Part shown: one piece after another, positions 1 to 9,480 of the stretch
Layout of the letters: the number at the start of each line of letters is the position of its first letter
Numbering within the stretch: the stretch's first letter is position 1
NCBI GenBank assembly: GCA_009695195.1
Contig: SIBJ01000001.1
Coordinates: forward strand, 53,581-117,580
Direction of reading: 5' to 3'
DNA length: 64,000 nt
DNA from: Pedosphaera sp.
GTDB taxonomy: Bacteria; Verrucomicrobiota; Verrucomicrobiia; Limisphaerales; JADLHS01
Position numbers and translations under genes: made by a program
The notes under the pieces: model-generated
What the model was told of the DNA's origin: nothing
Seen by the model: only the letters and a program-made list of their open reading frames with translations
Database searches by the model: none

Positions 1-997
1 GGCCTGTGCCTGCTTGCAGTTTACCGGTCGGGCCGGCTTTCGCAATCATCGTTGCGTCGGTGTCGTTCAATTCAGATTGGTTCGCCATTTCCCGCCGGGC
101 TTTGATGAGGAAGCGATTCGCCGATTCGTAGTCGGGACGTTCGGGCAGTTTGGTTTCAGCCAGGGCGCGTTCGAAGTCGTGGTGCAGTTCCTTGCGCCAA
201 GCGTCCACTTCGGGCCACGGCATTTCGCCACGTTTAACGGCGAGCAATCGGTCGCGGTGCGCCTCGACACGCACGGGTACGCGGGCATCGCGCAACGTGG
301 CCGCGCCGGTGAGCAGCAGGCGCAGCAAGTGCATGGCGTGTTTCCAGCGCACCTCGCCGTGGTTGCGGATGTCCTGCTCGATCTTTTTGAACTGCGACAT
401 GGCGTAGCCGTTGAAGGTCTGGAAAATCATCTGGCTGAGAAAGGCGTCGCGCAAGGCCAGTAGTTCCTCGCCTAGAGGTGTGACCTTCTCGACGATCGGC
501 GAGTAGAGACATTCCAGAATGTTCGGATTCGCCTTGAGCGCCATGGTGAGGAACTTCTGCAATTCCCAGTAGCAGCTTTGCGTGGCGTTGTCCTCGAATT
601 GTTCCGGCGCGCCGAAGAGCGACCATTCCAGGTCGGCAGGCGCGAGGTAGATGCCGCGCCGGTCGGTGTCGGAGTCGTCGTGGTCCAGGCCGTACGCGCG
701 CGAGCCGACGACGCAGCGGTAGATGATGAATCGCTCAAGATCAAAGTTCGACTCTGACGTCCCGTCGCCGAGGCGGTCTTTGAAATGTTTCAGCACTTCG
801 AGTTGGTCACGGGCGAGCGATGCCTCGAAGCCGTCGGGGAAGCGCACGAGAAAATTCTTTTCCATTTCGCTCGCCGGCGTGCGCGTCACGACGCCAACGG
901 CGCCGCGCGGATGCACGAGCGAATTCTTCGTGCCTCGAACTTCGACCAGCGCAACAACCTGCGTCCCGGCAAAGATGTTATCTGGTTGATGCGACAT
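1..997 (-). CDS. Predicted nucleotidyltransferase-domain protein (PF10127-like), partial; the 3' end lies outside the window
   Basis: Absent from the ORF track because it has no stop inside the window. The reverse frame from the ATG (cat at 995-997) runs stop-free to base 1. The translation MSHQPDNIFAG...VVGSRAYGLDHDDSDTDRRGIYLAP...NPNILECLYSP carries a GSxxYG..SDxD nucleotidyltransferase-type motif. The + strand ORFs listed here look like shadow frames. Confidence 0.55.
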   Translation of the reverse strand, partial: MSHQPDNIFAGTQVVALVEVRGTKNSLVHPRGAVGVVTRTPASEMEKNFLVRFPDGFEASLARDQLEVLKHFKDRLGDGTSESNFDLERFIIYRCVVGSRAYGLDHDDSDTDRRGIYLAPADLEWSLFGAPEQFEDNATQSCYWELQKFLTMALKANPNILECLYSPIVEKVTPLGEELLALRDAFLSQMIFQTFNGYAMSQFKKIEQDIRNHGEVRWKHAMHLLRLLLTGAATLRDARVPVRVEAHRDRLLAVKRGEMPWPEVDAWRKELHHDFERALAETKLPERPDYESANRFLIKARREMANQSELNDTDATMIAKAGPTGKLQAGTG

Positions 998-1167
998 TTC
1001 GCGCAGACGGTAAGGATTTTCGACAGGAGATTCCAGCCCCGTTGTGTCGCCCTTACAGGGCTTGAAATTTTTTGACGGTTAACCCGGGGCGTTGTCCCGG
1101 GCTATCACCTCTCAGGCTTTCAGCCCTTGGGAGTTTGGGACTCGTGGAACTCGTCCCTCCGAAAAGG

Positions 1168-1455
1168 TCACTCCACAATCTTCGGCACCATGAAGAGGCC
1201 ATTGGCTTGGGCGGGCGCGTTGCGGAGGGCGTCTTCGTGCGGGAGCGAGGGGCGGACTTCGTCGGGGCGGGTCACGTTCACGCGCGGCGCGGCGTGGGCG
1301 GTCGGCTCGACGTTGGTCACGTCCAGTTCCTTGAGCTTCTCGATGTGTTCGAGGATGTGGCCGAGTTGCTCACCGAATTTCTGTTCTTCTTCCGGCGTGA
1401 GCGCGAGCCGCGCCAGATGCGCGACGTATTTGACATCCACTTGAACCGCTGACAT
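1168..1455 (-). CDS. gatC: Asp/Glu-tRNA amidotransferase subunit C
   Basis: 95-aa ORF MSAVQVDVKYVAHLARLALTPEEEQKFGEQL...; length and N-terminal motif are typical of GatC. Confidence 0.9.
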   Translation of the reverse strand: MSAVQVDVKYVAHLARLALTPEEEQKFGEQLGHILEHIEKLKELDVTNVEPTAHAAPRVNVTRPDEVRPSLPHEDALRNAPAQANGLFMVPKIVE

Positions 1456-1548
1456 GCCGCCAAGCTAAGGTGCGTTGTGCCGGCGGCAAAGCGGAAAGTG
1501 TTGCGATTGATTCAAAAACGCGTAGGGCGCAACCGATGGCGCGGCAGC

Positions 1549-1686
1549 GTCTTGGAGCGCGGTGGGTGAGGGCGAGGGCACACACCGCTTTGGGACGCGG
1601 AAACATCCAACGGAGCAGGCGGCCGAACATCGCAGAAAGAAAAGCGGTGTCAGCCCTGTTCCCCGCCAGCCACCGCACTCCAAGAC
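1549..1686. repeat. Hairpin repeat, family A (GTCTTGGAG(C/T)GCGGTGG...CACCGCTTT arms)
   Basis: The left arm 1549-1591 is the imperfect reverse complement of the right arm 1641-1686. The core GGA(C/G)TGCGGTGG...ACACCGCTTT recurs at 20649-20765 and 22375-22486. Confidence 0.6.
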
Positions 1687-1739
1687 CTTGCGGTGGTTCG
1701 GCGACTTGCAACCGACGACGAGGCGCTTAATCTCCGCGC

Positions 1740-3245
1740 ATGGCTGACGGCCCAACCCACCGCCCGCGCTGGCGACGCATCGTGTTGCGCGGCGGCGTGG
1801 TGCTCGTGGCACTCTATGTTCTGCTGTTGATTCCCGAGGCATCCCCGCCGATGCCGAAGGGCGCGGGCCAACAGCCGTTTGTTTGGAATCACGACACGTT
1901 TTGGTCCGCGCTGGAAGCGAAATTCATCGCGACGCGAAAGTTAAGTGCCGGTGAGTGTGAGGCTCAGTTCGACCGGTCACTGAAGCAAGTTTATCACGCG
2001 CTCGACTCGATCAACGCAACCAATCTCCCGCCAGATGCCCCGGCATTTGAAGAGCTGGAAATGGAATTCTTCCAACTCGCGCCCCTGGCCGCGGCTTGTC
2101 CGGCGCGCATGGGCGATTTCATGAAGGCCGCCGGGCAGATGCGGGATCACGTCAAATGGCACTCGCAATACTGGCCGCCGGATTCTGTGGAAGCCCGCCG
2201 CCGGATTTATCGTTTGCTCTACGGCGGACGGGCCGCAGTCGAGGAGGCGTTGCTGCAATCGCCGCAAGCCACCAACGCGCTTCAGGTCAATCACAACTAC
2301 GAGCTTCCCAAGACACCCGGTGCCGAAGTTCGCGGCGTGATGGTTCAAAGCGGCGATATTCTGGTTTCTCGCGGCGGCGCAGCCACATCGGCGCTCATCG
2401 CGCGCGGAAATGATTTTCCGGGAAACTTTTCGCACATCGCGCTGGTGCATGTGGACGCGCAAACCAAAAAAGTTTCTGTCATCGAAGCGCACATCGAAAG
2501 CGGCGTGGGCGTGCGGTCCATCGAAGCCTATCTCACGGAAACGAAACTCCGCATCCTGCTATTGCGACCGCATGGTCTCCTGCCCGCGCTCGCAGCGGAC
2601 CCGATGCTGCCGCACAAAGCCGCGTCGCTGGCGTTGAGCAACGCGCTCGCCGGACACATTCCCTACGACTTCGCGATGGACCACACCGACCCGGCGAAAC
2701 AATTCTGTTCCGAAGTCGCCTCGGCGGCATACCTGACGCAAGGCGTCACGTTATGGGCGGGCGTTTCGCATCTTTCGACGCCAGGCGTGACCTCATGGCT
2801 TGCCGCGCTGGGCGTGCGGAACTTTGAAACACAAGAGCCATCCGACCTCGAATACGATCCGCAACTGCGCGTCGTGGCCGAGTGGCGCGATCCGGACACG
2901 CTTTTCAAGGATCACGTGGACAATGGGGTCATTGCCGCGCTGCTCGAAGGTGCGGAACGCGGCGAGCGGCTCGCGCACAATCACTGGCTGCTGCCGCCCG
3001 TGCGGTTGATGAAAGCCTGGAGTGTGGTGTTGAACCAGTTTGGAAAGGTCGGTCCGATTCCCGAAGGCATGAGCGCCACCACTGCGTTGCGCGTGGATTG
3101 GTTGAAAGCGAATCACGCTGCGATCGCCGCGCGCGTGATGGTGGCAGCGGAAAAATTCAAAGCCGCGCGTGGTTACCCGCCGCCTTATTGGGAACTGCTT
3201 CGAATGGCGCGGGAAGCGAAGACCGGTTTGAATCCGCGGAAGTAA
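1740..3245 (+). CDS. Membrane-anchored YiiX/YaeF-like permuted papain-fold (NlpC/P60 superfamily) protein
   Basis: 501-aa ORF with an N-terminal TM helix (VVLVALYVLLLI). The motifs SGDILVSRG, FSHIALVH and QFCSEVASAAY are arranged as in the permuted papain-like amidase family C92. Function is tentative. Confidence 0.55.
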   Translation: MADGPTHRPRWRRIVLRGGVVLVALYVLLLIPEASPPMPKGAGQQPFVWNHDTFWSALEAKFIATRKLSAGECEAQFDRSLKQVYHALDSINATNLPPDAPAFEELEMEFFQLAPLAAACPARMGDFMKAAGQMRDHVKWHSQYWPPDSVEARRRIYRLLYGGRAAVEEALLQSPQATNALQVNHNYELPKTPGAEVRGVMVQSGDILVSRGGAATSALIARGNDFPGNFSHIALVHVDAQTKKVSVIEAHIESGVGVRSIEAYLTETKLRILLLRPHGLLPALAADPMLPHKAASLALSNALAGHIPYDFAMDHTDPAKQFCSEVASAAYLTQGVTLWAGVSHLSTPGVTSWLAALGVRNFETQEPSDLEYDPQLRVVAEWRDPDTLFKDHVDNGVIAALLEGAERGERLAHNHWLLPPVRLMKAWSVVLNQFGKVGPIPEGMSATTALRVDWLKANHAAIAARVMVAAEKFKAARGYPPPYWELLRMAREAKTGLNPRK

Positions 3246-3368
3246 TGCCATCCTCATTGATGGCCACGCCTCGTCACACGTTCGTAACAGTCGCGTTGAA
3301 ACGCGGCGGGGAATTGTAGTTCACGGCGGCGCGCGGTTCGGTCAGCCTTCAGTCGAGCAGAGGAACGT

Positions 3369-4922
3369 ATGAAAACAAACCAGGTCGGACTCTGGCAGAG
3401 GTTGGAACAATTCCAACTGGACTCGGCGGAAGCGGCGCTTCCGTTCTCGGCCCGGCTCGCCCGGGAAAACAACTGGCTGCCCGCCCACGCCCAGCGGGTC
3501 ATCGCCGAATACAAACGCTTCGCCTTCCTCGCGGTGGCGGCGGGACATCCGGTGTCGCCGTCCGGAGACGTGGACCAGGCGTGGCACTTGCACCTGACCT
3601 ACTCGCACAATTACTGGAAGGTCTTCTGCCCGGGAATCCTCGGGCAACCGCTCCACCACCAGCCGACGAAAGGCGGGAGCGATGAGCGCGAGAAGTTCGG
3701 CGATTGGTATCGGCAGACGCTGGAAAGTTATCGCGAACACTTCGGCGAAGAACCGCCGCGCGACATCTGGCCCACGCCGGAAGTCCACGCCGCGGAGAAG
3801 CACAACTTCGTCCGCGTGGACCGTGAGCGGAGCTGGGTGATCCCGAAGCCGCGTTTCTGGTCTCTCTCTCCCCGCGAGGAACGAGTGGGGAGAGAGATGG
3901 AGAGAGGGGCCGTTCAAAAAACGCGCCTCCTCTCCCCGGCCCTCTCCTCCGCGCCGCGCGGAGGAGAGGGAGTCTTAATCGTGAAGCTGTTCGCTGGCGT
4001 TGGTTTGTCTGTGCTCGGTGTGCTTTGCACCGGTGCGATGCTGGCGCAGGGCGCGAATCCGTTCGACTGGCGCGGGCCGGACTTCCTCAAGTTTTATCTC
4101 GCGCTCGCCGGGGTGTGCTTCGGCTGCGCGGTGTGGCTGCGCTGGAAATTGCGCCAGCCCGTCGAGTTGCCGGCGGATGATTTGTCCGATCTCGATCCGT
4201 ACGCGATGGCTTACCTCAATGGCGGGCGCGTGCTGGCGGTGAACGCTGCCGTCGCCAACCTGGCGAATCAAGGATTGCTCCACGTGGACACAAAGAAACG
4301 GAAGCTTACGAGCCTCGGGACGATTTCGCCGGACCATCACCCGTTGGAACGCGCGGTCCACTCGGTCGCGAGAAAATCCGGCGGTGAAACGATCAAGGAG
4401 TTGCGCGCAGGCGTTCGATTGGCGGTGGAACGTATCTCGGAGGATTTGAAAGCGCGCGGACTGGTCGTGGCCGACGCGCAGGCGCGGAAAGCGATCTGGT
4501 TCCCGCTGCTCATCGCCGCGCTCGCACCGGCGCTCGGCGGAATAAATATTCTCATCGGTGTGAGTCGCGGAAAGCCGGTCACGATCCTCGTGGTGCTGTG
4601 CATCGTGTCGGCCATCGTGATGCTGGTCGGTTTCGCGCGACGCCCGCTGCGTAGCCGATGGGGCGGCGCGATGTTGGATCAATTGAAAGAACGCCACGCG
4701 ACGTTGCGGCGGCCGGGAATCAACACCGCCGGTCTCGGGCCGGTTGAGTTCGCCACGGCCATCGGGTTGTTTGGTCTGACGGCGCTGGCCGGAACTGAAT
4801 TGGAGGACTTGCGCAAGACGCTCACGCCGCCGGGTGGCGGCGGGAGTTGCGGAAGTTCCTGCGGGAGCGGCTGTGGCGGCGGTTGCGGCGGCGGGTGTGG
4901 GGGCTGCGGCGGCGGGGATTGA
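3369..4922 (+). CDS. TIGR04222-type membrane protein with an N-terminal GRDP-like domain and a Gly/Cys-rich C-terminal tail
   Basis: The N-terminus YKRFAFLAVAAGHPVSPSGDVDQAWHLHLTYSHNYW...DIWP matches my recollection of the conserved N-domain of TIGR04222 proteins. Several TM helices follow. The tail is GGGGSCGSSCGSGCGGGCGGGCGGCGGGD. A GAGGAA motif lies 4 nt upstream of the ATG. Confidence 0.7.
   Translation: MKTNQVGLWQRLEQFQLDSAEAALPFSARLARENNWLPAHAQRVIAEYKRFAFLAVAAGHPVSPSGDVDQAWHLHLTYSHNYWKVFCPGILGQPLHHQPTKGGSDEREKFGDWYRQTLESYREHFGEEPPRDIWPTPEVHAAEKHNFVRVDRERSWVIPKPRFWSLSPREERVGREMERGAVQKTRLLSPALSSAPRGGEGVLIVKLFAGVGLSVLGVLCTGAMLAQGANPFDWRGPDFLKFYLALAGVCFGCAVWLRWKLRQPVELPADDLSDLDPYAMAYLNGGRVLAVNAAVANLANQGLLHVDTKKRKLTSLGTISPDHHPLERAVHSVARKSGGETIKELRAGVRLAVERISEDLKARGLVVADAQARKAIWFPLLIAALAPALGGINILIGVSRGKPVTILVVLCIVSAIVMLVGFARRPLRSRWGGAMLDQLKERHATLRRPGINTAGLGPVEFATAIGLFGLTALAGTELEDLRKTLTPPGGGGSCGSSCGSGCGGGCGGGCGGCGGGD
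3861..3972. repeat. Intragenic hairpin repeats, family M-like (CTCTCCCC / GGGGAGAG arms)
   Basis: Two inverted repeats lie inside the CDS: TCTCTCTCCCC-N13-GGGGAGAGAGA (3861-3897) and CTCCCCGGCCCTCTCCTCCGCG-CCGCGCGGAGGAGAGGGAG (3927-3972). They share the CCCCGGCCCTCTCC core with the elements at 46811-47018 and 59298-59339. Confidence 0.55.
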
Positions 4923-4929
4923 AACGGGC

Positions 4930-5409
4930 TTACTCCACCGACACGATCCGCGCCGCTTGTTTCCTGCTCGCGAGTTCAAGTTGCGGACGGTCGCCCTGCT
5001 TTTTGTCCATGAGTTGCGCGCCGAGCGGGGATTGCGGTGTGATGACGAGCACTTCCGTTTTATCCTGCACCAGTTCCGTGCCGCCGGCGCGCGGGCCGAG
5101 GAAGTAAAATGATTTCTCGCCGGCGATCTCCAATTCCACCAACGCGCCGAGGCCGATGGCTTCACCGGCGGCAAATTTGCGGCCATCGAGTTTTCCAAAC
5201 TCTTCAATGGCCGCTTCAAGTTCGGCGGCCTGTTTGGATTGGCCGCGCGCGAGGTAGGAGGCTTCGAGGCCACGCGTGTCGTATTTGCTCTCGGCCTTGC
5301 TTTGCTCGTGCGTGGCCTCGGCGCGGGAGTTTTGCGCCGCGCGGAAATAAACCGCCAATTCGCTCGTGAGTTGAACGACGATTTTTTGGATGAGGGCGCG
5401 TTTGTTCAT
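4930..5409 (-). CDS. GreA/GreB-family-like protein
   Basis: 159-aa ORF. It has an N-terminal coiled-coil-like region and the C-terminal segment GLGALVELE..GEKSFYFLGPRAGG...VITPQSPLGAQLMDKKQGD, which resembles the GreA/B C-terminal domain. Confidence 0.55.
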   Translation of the reverse strand: MNKRALIQKIVVQLTSELAVYFRAAQNSRAEATHEQSKAESKYDTRGLEASYLARGQSKQAAELEAAIEEFGKLDGRKFAAGEAIGLGALVELEIAGEKSFYFLGPRAGGTELVQDKTEVLVITPQSPLGAQLMDKKQGDRPQLELASRKQAARIVSVE

Positions 5410-5592
5410 GTGGGCGGGGAAAGCATAGCGAAATCATCGGCGGGCAGAAAGAGAACCTTGCTTTTCTACCGGAACCGTGCGATTCGGTTTCGCAATCAGC
5501 AACGCATGACGCCTGGCCTTTCAGCATGGGGTTCGTCTCTGCTCGCCGTGGGAAAAGCTCCGGTAAGCATGTTCCATTCAGCAGGCGGTTCG

Positions 5593-8514
5593 ATGGCTGT
5601 CGCCAAAAAGATGTTTATGAAAATTCGCTCCCTGCCCGCCCGACTGGCGTTCGTCATAGCTCTGGCAACCGCCGTGGCCTCCTCTTCCGCGGCGGTCCTC
5701 TCCGTCACTGGCAACGACACGCTCGTTGGCAACCGCCCGTTGAACCTGATCACCAACGGCAGCTTCGAGGCGGACGGCGGCGTGGCGACCAACTATTCTT
5801 ACTGGGCCACGGGCACTGGCTTCTTGCCAACCATGTCCCTGTCCGGCTGGAGTGCTTCCGGGCAGGTCGGCAGTTATGCATTTTGGGGCAGCGACGGATT
5901 TGGGGGTATCAACAACAGCGCCACGCTCCCGCATGGGACCAACGGAGTGTATTTCGGTGCCGGCATGATGGTATCGGTCAGTCCCTTCCCGACGGAAGCG
6001 AACAATGGCCTGGTCACGTTTGCCACCACCCCGGTGATTGTGCCCAAGCCGACCGACGGCCCGGTGACGTTGAAGCAAACCGTTTCGGGCCTCAACCCCA
6101 CCGCCACCTACTTGTTGGATTTTTGGACCAGCGGGGAAGATGTCGGGGGGACGGCCATGCCGGTGGATGGTTTCTTCGGCCTGGATATCACCGGCGAATC
6201 GCGGCTCTACTTCGCGGCGCCGAGTGGGAATGGGCCGATCGGAACGTCGCAACGTTACCAGGTTTATTTCACGCCGACCGCTTCGACGATCACGTTCCGG
6301 TGGCTCAACTGGGGGCATTACTTCAACAACACGAATGCCCTTTCCGATGAACTCGTGCTCGACGACGTCATCCTGAATCTGTTCACCAACGCGCCCACGC
6401 CGATTGATTGCAGTTGCGCAGCCAACCTCTCGTTCACCTGTCCCGCCGTGCTGCCCGACTTGTGCGCCACGCTGACGAATTGTTTCACCACGAACATGCT
6501 GCCCGGATCGTGCGTGCAGAACTTCCCGCCCGGGATGCCGCTCTCGGTCGGCGTGTATGTCGTCAACCTGCAGGTCCAGGATTTGCAGACCAACGCGTTC
6601 TCCTGCGCGGTGACGATCACGGTGAATCCACCGTCGAATGCCCCGCCGCTCACGGTGATTTGCCCGACGAACAAAACCGTCGAGTGCGGCAGCAACTGGA
6701 ATTTCGATCCGCCCGTCGTCACCTCGTCGTGCTGCGGTTTGATGATCACGCCAAGCGATGTCGTCGTGAGCAACAGCCCGTGCTCGCAAACCATCACGCG
6801 CACCTGGACGATCACCGACGGTTGCACGAACACGACGACTTGCAGTCAGGTCGTCACGCTCGTGGATACGACGCCACCCGGCACGCAATGCAACGGCCAG
6901 AATCTCGTCCCGAACGGCGACTTCGAGCGCTACACGAATTGTCCGTCGTCCATTTCGCAATTTGATTTTGCATCGCCGTGGTTCACCCCGACGGATGCGA
7001 CGACCGATTATTACAACAGTTGCGCCGGCCCCAATTCCTTCATGACCACGCCTACCGCCCTGGCCGGCTATCAGGTTCCATTGAGCGGTCAGGCTTACGC
7101 GGGCGCGGTGCTTTACACCAAGTTCGGCACGAACCCGACCAATTCCTACCGCGAGTATCTTGAAGTGCCGCTCGTCACAGCCCTGACGCCCGGGCAAAAA
7201 TACCTGGTGTCCTTTTACGTCAGTCGCGGGGAAGTTTACGGCCAGGCCATTGCCGACATCGGCGCGCGCTTCATGCCGCTCGCTTACACGATCTACGGTT
7301 CGATCAGCAACCCCTTTACCGGCGTGCTCGATTTCCCGACGCCACCGCATGTTGTTAATTCTCCGACCAACATCATCACCGATTCGACCAACTGGACGCT
7401 CATCCAAGGTCTCTACACCGCCGTCGGGTGGGAAAACCATCTCATCCTCGGCAACTTCAAGGACGATCCGAATACCACGGCCACGTTTGCGGGCGGCGCG
7501 TTCACCAATTACGCTTATTATTATTTCGACAACGTCTCCGTCGTCGCGATTTGCGATCCCGACCTGACGAACAAAGTCGTGCAGTGCGGCACGCCGTGGC
7601 AGTTTCCGCCGTTCCCGGTCATTGACAATTGCAGCGGCGGCAACATCACCGTCTCGAACTTCACGCTCACCACCAGCTATTGCCCCGACGTGACCACGCG
7701 CACTTGGTATCTCCAGGATCAATGCGGCAACTCCAACGTCATCACGCAGACGGTCACGGTCATTGACACGAATCCGCCGATCCTGATGTGCGGCGGCGGC
7801 GCGAACCTCGTCCCGAATCCGCAGTTCGAGGGCTATTCGTATTGCCCGTATTTCTTTTCGCAAGTCAATGCCGCGGGCCCGTGGTTCAATGCGACCATTG
7901 CCACGCCCGATTACATGAACACCTGCTCGACGCATCCCGGCGCGAGCGTGCCGAACAACGTCCCCGGTTCGCAAACGCCCTACAGCGGCAACGGCTACTT
8001 GGGCATCTTCACCTATTCGGTTTACGGAACGAATCCCGTGCCCGGCTACCGCGAATACATCGAAGCACCGCTGCTGTCCTCGCTCCAGGCGGGCACGACT
8101 TATCAGGTCTCCTTCCGCGTGAGCCTCGCGGATTACTCCGGCTGGGCCATGTCCGAGATCGGCGCGTTCTTCTCCGCCGGGCCGCTCACCGGCAACACGC
8201 AAGGGCCGCTCAACGTCACACCGCAGATCGAAAATCCTTCCGCCAACCTGCTGACTTCGACCAACGGCTGGATGCTCGTGCAGGGAACGTTCGTCGCGGT
8301 GGGCGGGGAGAACCACATCACCATCGGCAACTTCCGCAGCGACGCGAACACCACCGCCACGACCGCGTGGGGCACGAACAGTTCCTACTACTACATTGAT
8401 GACGTGGCGGTCACGCCGCTGTGTTCGTTCACGAACAAGACCGTTCTCTGCAACAGCCAATGGGATTTCGACACGCCGCTCGCGTACGACGAGTGCAGCG
8501 GGGATTATCTCTAG
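5593..8514 (+). CDS. Giant secreted Cys-rich modular surface protein, N-terminal part (ends at an in-frame TAG)
   Basis: Start placed at ATG 5593 (alternatives at 5611 and 5617). KIRSLPARLAFVIALATAVASSSA looks like a signal peptide. The track start at 5239 overlaps the divergent neighbouring gene. HYR/Ig-like modules (C..RTWTxxDxCxN...TxxDTxPP) alternate with jelly-roll-like modules of about 190 aa (NLVPNGDFE..YREY..GNF..YYYxDxV). Confidence 0.75.
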   Translation: MAVAKKMFMKIRSLPARLAFVIALATAVASSSAAVLSVTGNDTLVGNRPLNLITNGSFEADGGVATNYSYWATGTGFLPTMSLSGWSASGQVGSYAFWGSDGFGGINNSATLPHGTNGVYFGAGMMVSVSPFPTEANNGLVTFATTPVIVPKPTDGPVTLKQTVSGLNPTATYLLDFWTSGEDVGGTAMPVDGFFGLDITGESRLYFAAPSGNGPIGTSQRYQVYFTPTASTITFRWLNWGHYFNNTNALSDELVLDDVILNLFTNAPTPIDCSCAANLSFTCPAVLPDLCATLTNCFTTNMLPGSCVQNFPPGMPLSVGVYVVNLQVQDLQTNAFSCAVTITVNPPSNAPPLTVICPTNKTVECGSNWNFDPPVVTSSCCGLMITPSDVVVSNSPCSQTITRTWTITDGCTNTTTCSQVVTLVDTTPPGTQCNGQNLVPNGDFERYTNCPSSISQFDFASPWFTPTDATTDYYNSCAGPNSFMTTPTALAGYQVPLSGQAYAGAVLYTKFGTNPTNSYREYLEVPLVTALTPGQKYLVSFYVSRGEVYGQAIADIGARFMPLAYTIYGSISNPFTGVLDFPTPPHVVNSPTNIITDSTNWTLIQGLYTAVGWENHLILGNFKDDPNTTATFAGGAFTNYAYYYFDNVSVVAICDPDLTNKVVQCGTPWQFPPFPVIDNCSGGNITVSNFTLTTSYCPDVTTRTWYLQDQCGNSNVITQTVTVIDTNPPILMCGGGANLVPNPQFEGYSYCPYFFSQVNAAGPWFNATIATPDYMNTCSTHPGASVPNNVPGSQTPYSGNGYLGIFTYSVYGTNPVPGYREYIEAPLLSSLQAGTTYQVSFRVSLADYSGWAMSEIGAFFSAGPLTGNTQGPLNVTPQIENPSANLLTSTNGWMLVQGTFVAVGGENHITIGNFRSDANTTATTAWGTNSSYYYIDDVAVTPLCSFTNKTVLCNSQWDFDTPLAYDECSGDYL

Positions 8515-9480
8515 GTCTTCGTGACGACCAACTGGACCACTGGCATTTGTCCGAAAGTTCACACGCGCGTCTGGACGATTTACGACGCGTGCGTGAACTC
8601 GATCACCGCCACGCAGAGCGTCACGGAAGTGGATTTCACGCCGCCATTGCTGCTGTGCAACGGCGTGAACATGGTGCCGAACGGCGATTTCGAGAATTAC
8701 GTGCAATGCCCGCCGGCGTTTTCGTACCTGCAAAACGCCCAGCCGTGGTCGGGCTGGAGTTCGGAATTGTTTCACGCCTGCGCTCCCTTCAACTCCGGCG
8801 TGTCCGTGCCGGCAAACTTCATCGGTTCGCAAGCGCCGTTCTCCGGCTCCGGTTACGGCGGCTGCTACGTTTATTTCAACACGGGCAACAGCTCCAATTC
8901 CATCCGGGAATATCTGGAAACGCCGCTCATCGCGCCGTTGATCGCCGGGCAAACGTACGCGGTGTCGTTCCGGGTGAGCCGCGCTGATAATTGCACGCAC
9001 GCCATCGCGCAAATCGGCGCGGCCTTTTCCACCGGCAACATTTCGAACTACTTCGCCCTCACGCCGCAGGTCGTGAATCCCTCCGGCAACATCATCACCA
9101 ACTCCACCGGCTGGACGCTCATCTCCGGCGCCTTTACCGCCAGCGGGGGCGAAAACACGCTCACGCTCGGAAACTTTCTCCAGGACGCGAGCACCACCGC
9201 GCAGTTCATCGGCCCCGCCCTCATCAACAACAGCTCCTATTACTACTACGACGACGTGAAAGTCATTGCGCTCTGCACCAACGTCCCGGTCAAGACTGTG
9301 CCGTGCGGTTCACCGTGGAATTTCGATCCCGCGCCACTCGCCGTGGATCGTTGCAGCGGCAGCAACGTCACCGTCACGCTCGCGGGCACGGTCACGAACA
9401 CATCCTGCCCGCTCAACGTCGTCCGCACCTGGACCCTCACCGACGCCTGCGGTAACGCGACGAACTGGAGTCAGACCGTC
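6661..9480 (+). repeat. Tandem coding modules of about 870 bp (HYR-like plus jelly-roll-like); three full copies and a partial fourth
   Basis: Module starts CPTNKTVECGSNWNF (6661), CDPDLTNKVVQCGTPWQF (7551), CSFTNKTVLCNSQWDF (8421) and CTNVPVKTVPCGSPWNF (9276) give spacings of 890, 870 and 855 bp. Confidence 0.7.

Noticed and set aside
14-463. Plus-strand ORFs at the left edge (14-463, 150-407, 723-989, 785-1075).
   Set aside because: The minus strand carries an uninterrupted, motif-bearing frame (nucleotidyltransferase-like) across 1-997. The plus-strand ORFs are its shadows.
1020-1167. Three small stems downstream of gatC (GGGCTGAAAGCC, CCCGGG-N7-CCCGGG, GCCCTGTAAGGGC), considered as a terminator or an ncRNA.
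   Set aside because: The stems are short, there is no U-tract on the gatC strand, and there is no match to the repeat families. The evidence is not enough for a call.
8512-8514. The TAG, read as pyrrolysine or another programmed recoding event.
   Set aside because: There are no pyl genes, no suppressor tRNA and no obvious downstream recoding structure in the window. A nonsense mutation or sequence error within a repeat is simpler. It is kept as a low-probability alternative in the finding.
8521-8523. The GTG at 8521 as a genuine independent start for a second protein.
   Set aside because: The ORF would begin in the middle of a conserved Cys-rich module. It has no signal peptide and no Shine-Dalgarno-like sequence that I can see.
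5578-9012. A very long antisense ORF (1144 aa, minus strand) opposite the surface-protein genes. Similar long ORFs occur at 9310-10908(-), 18089-19780(-), 22166-23791(-), 30435-32072(+), 41563-42900(+), 44712-46136(-), 49066-50142(-), 50897-52036(-), 57784-59094(-) and 61284-62924(+).
   Set aside because: Each lies antisense to a gene with clear family motifs. Their translations are Arg/Gly/Ala/His-rich low-complexity sequences, typical of stop-poor shadow frames in GC-rich DNA. None has a recognisable domain.
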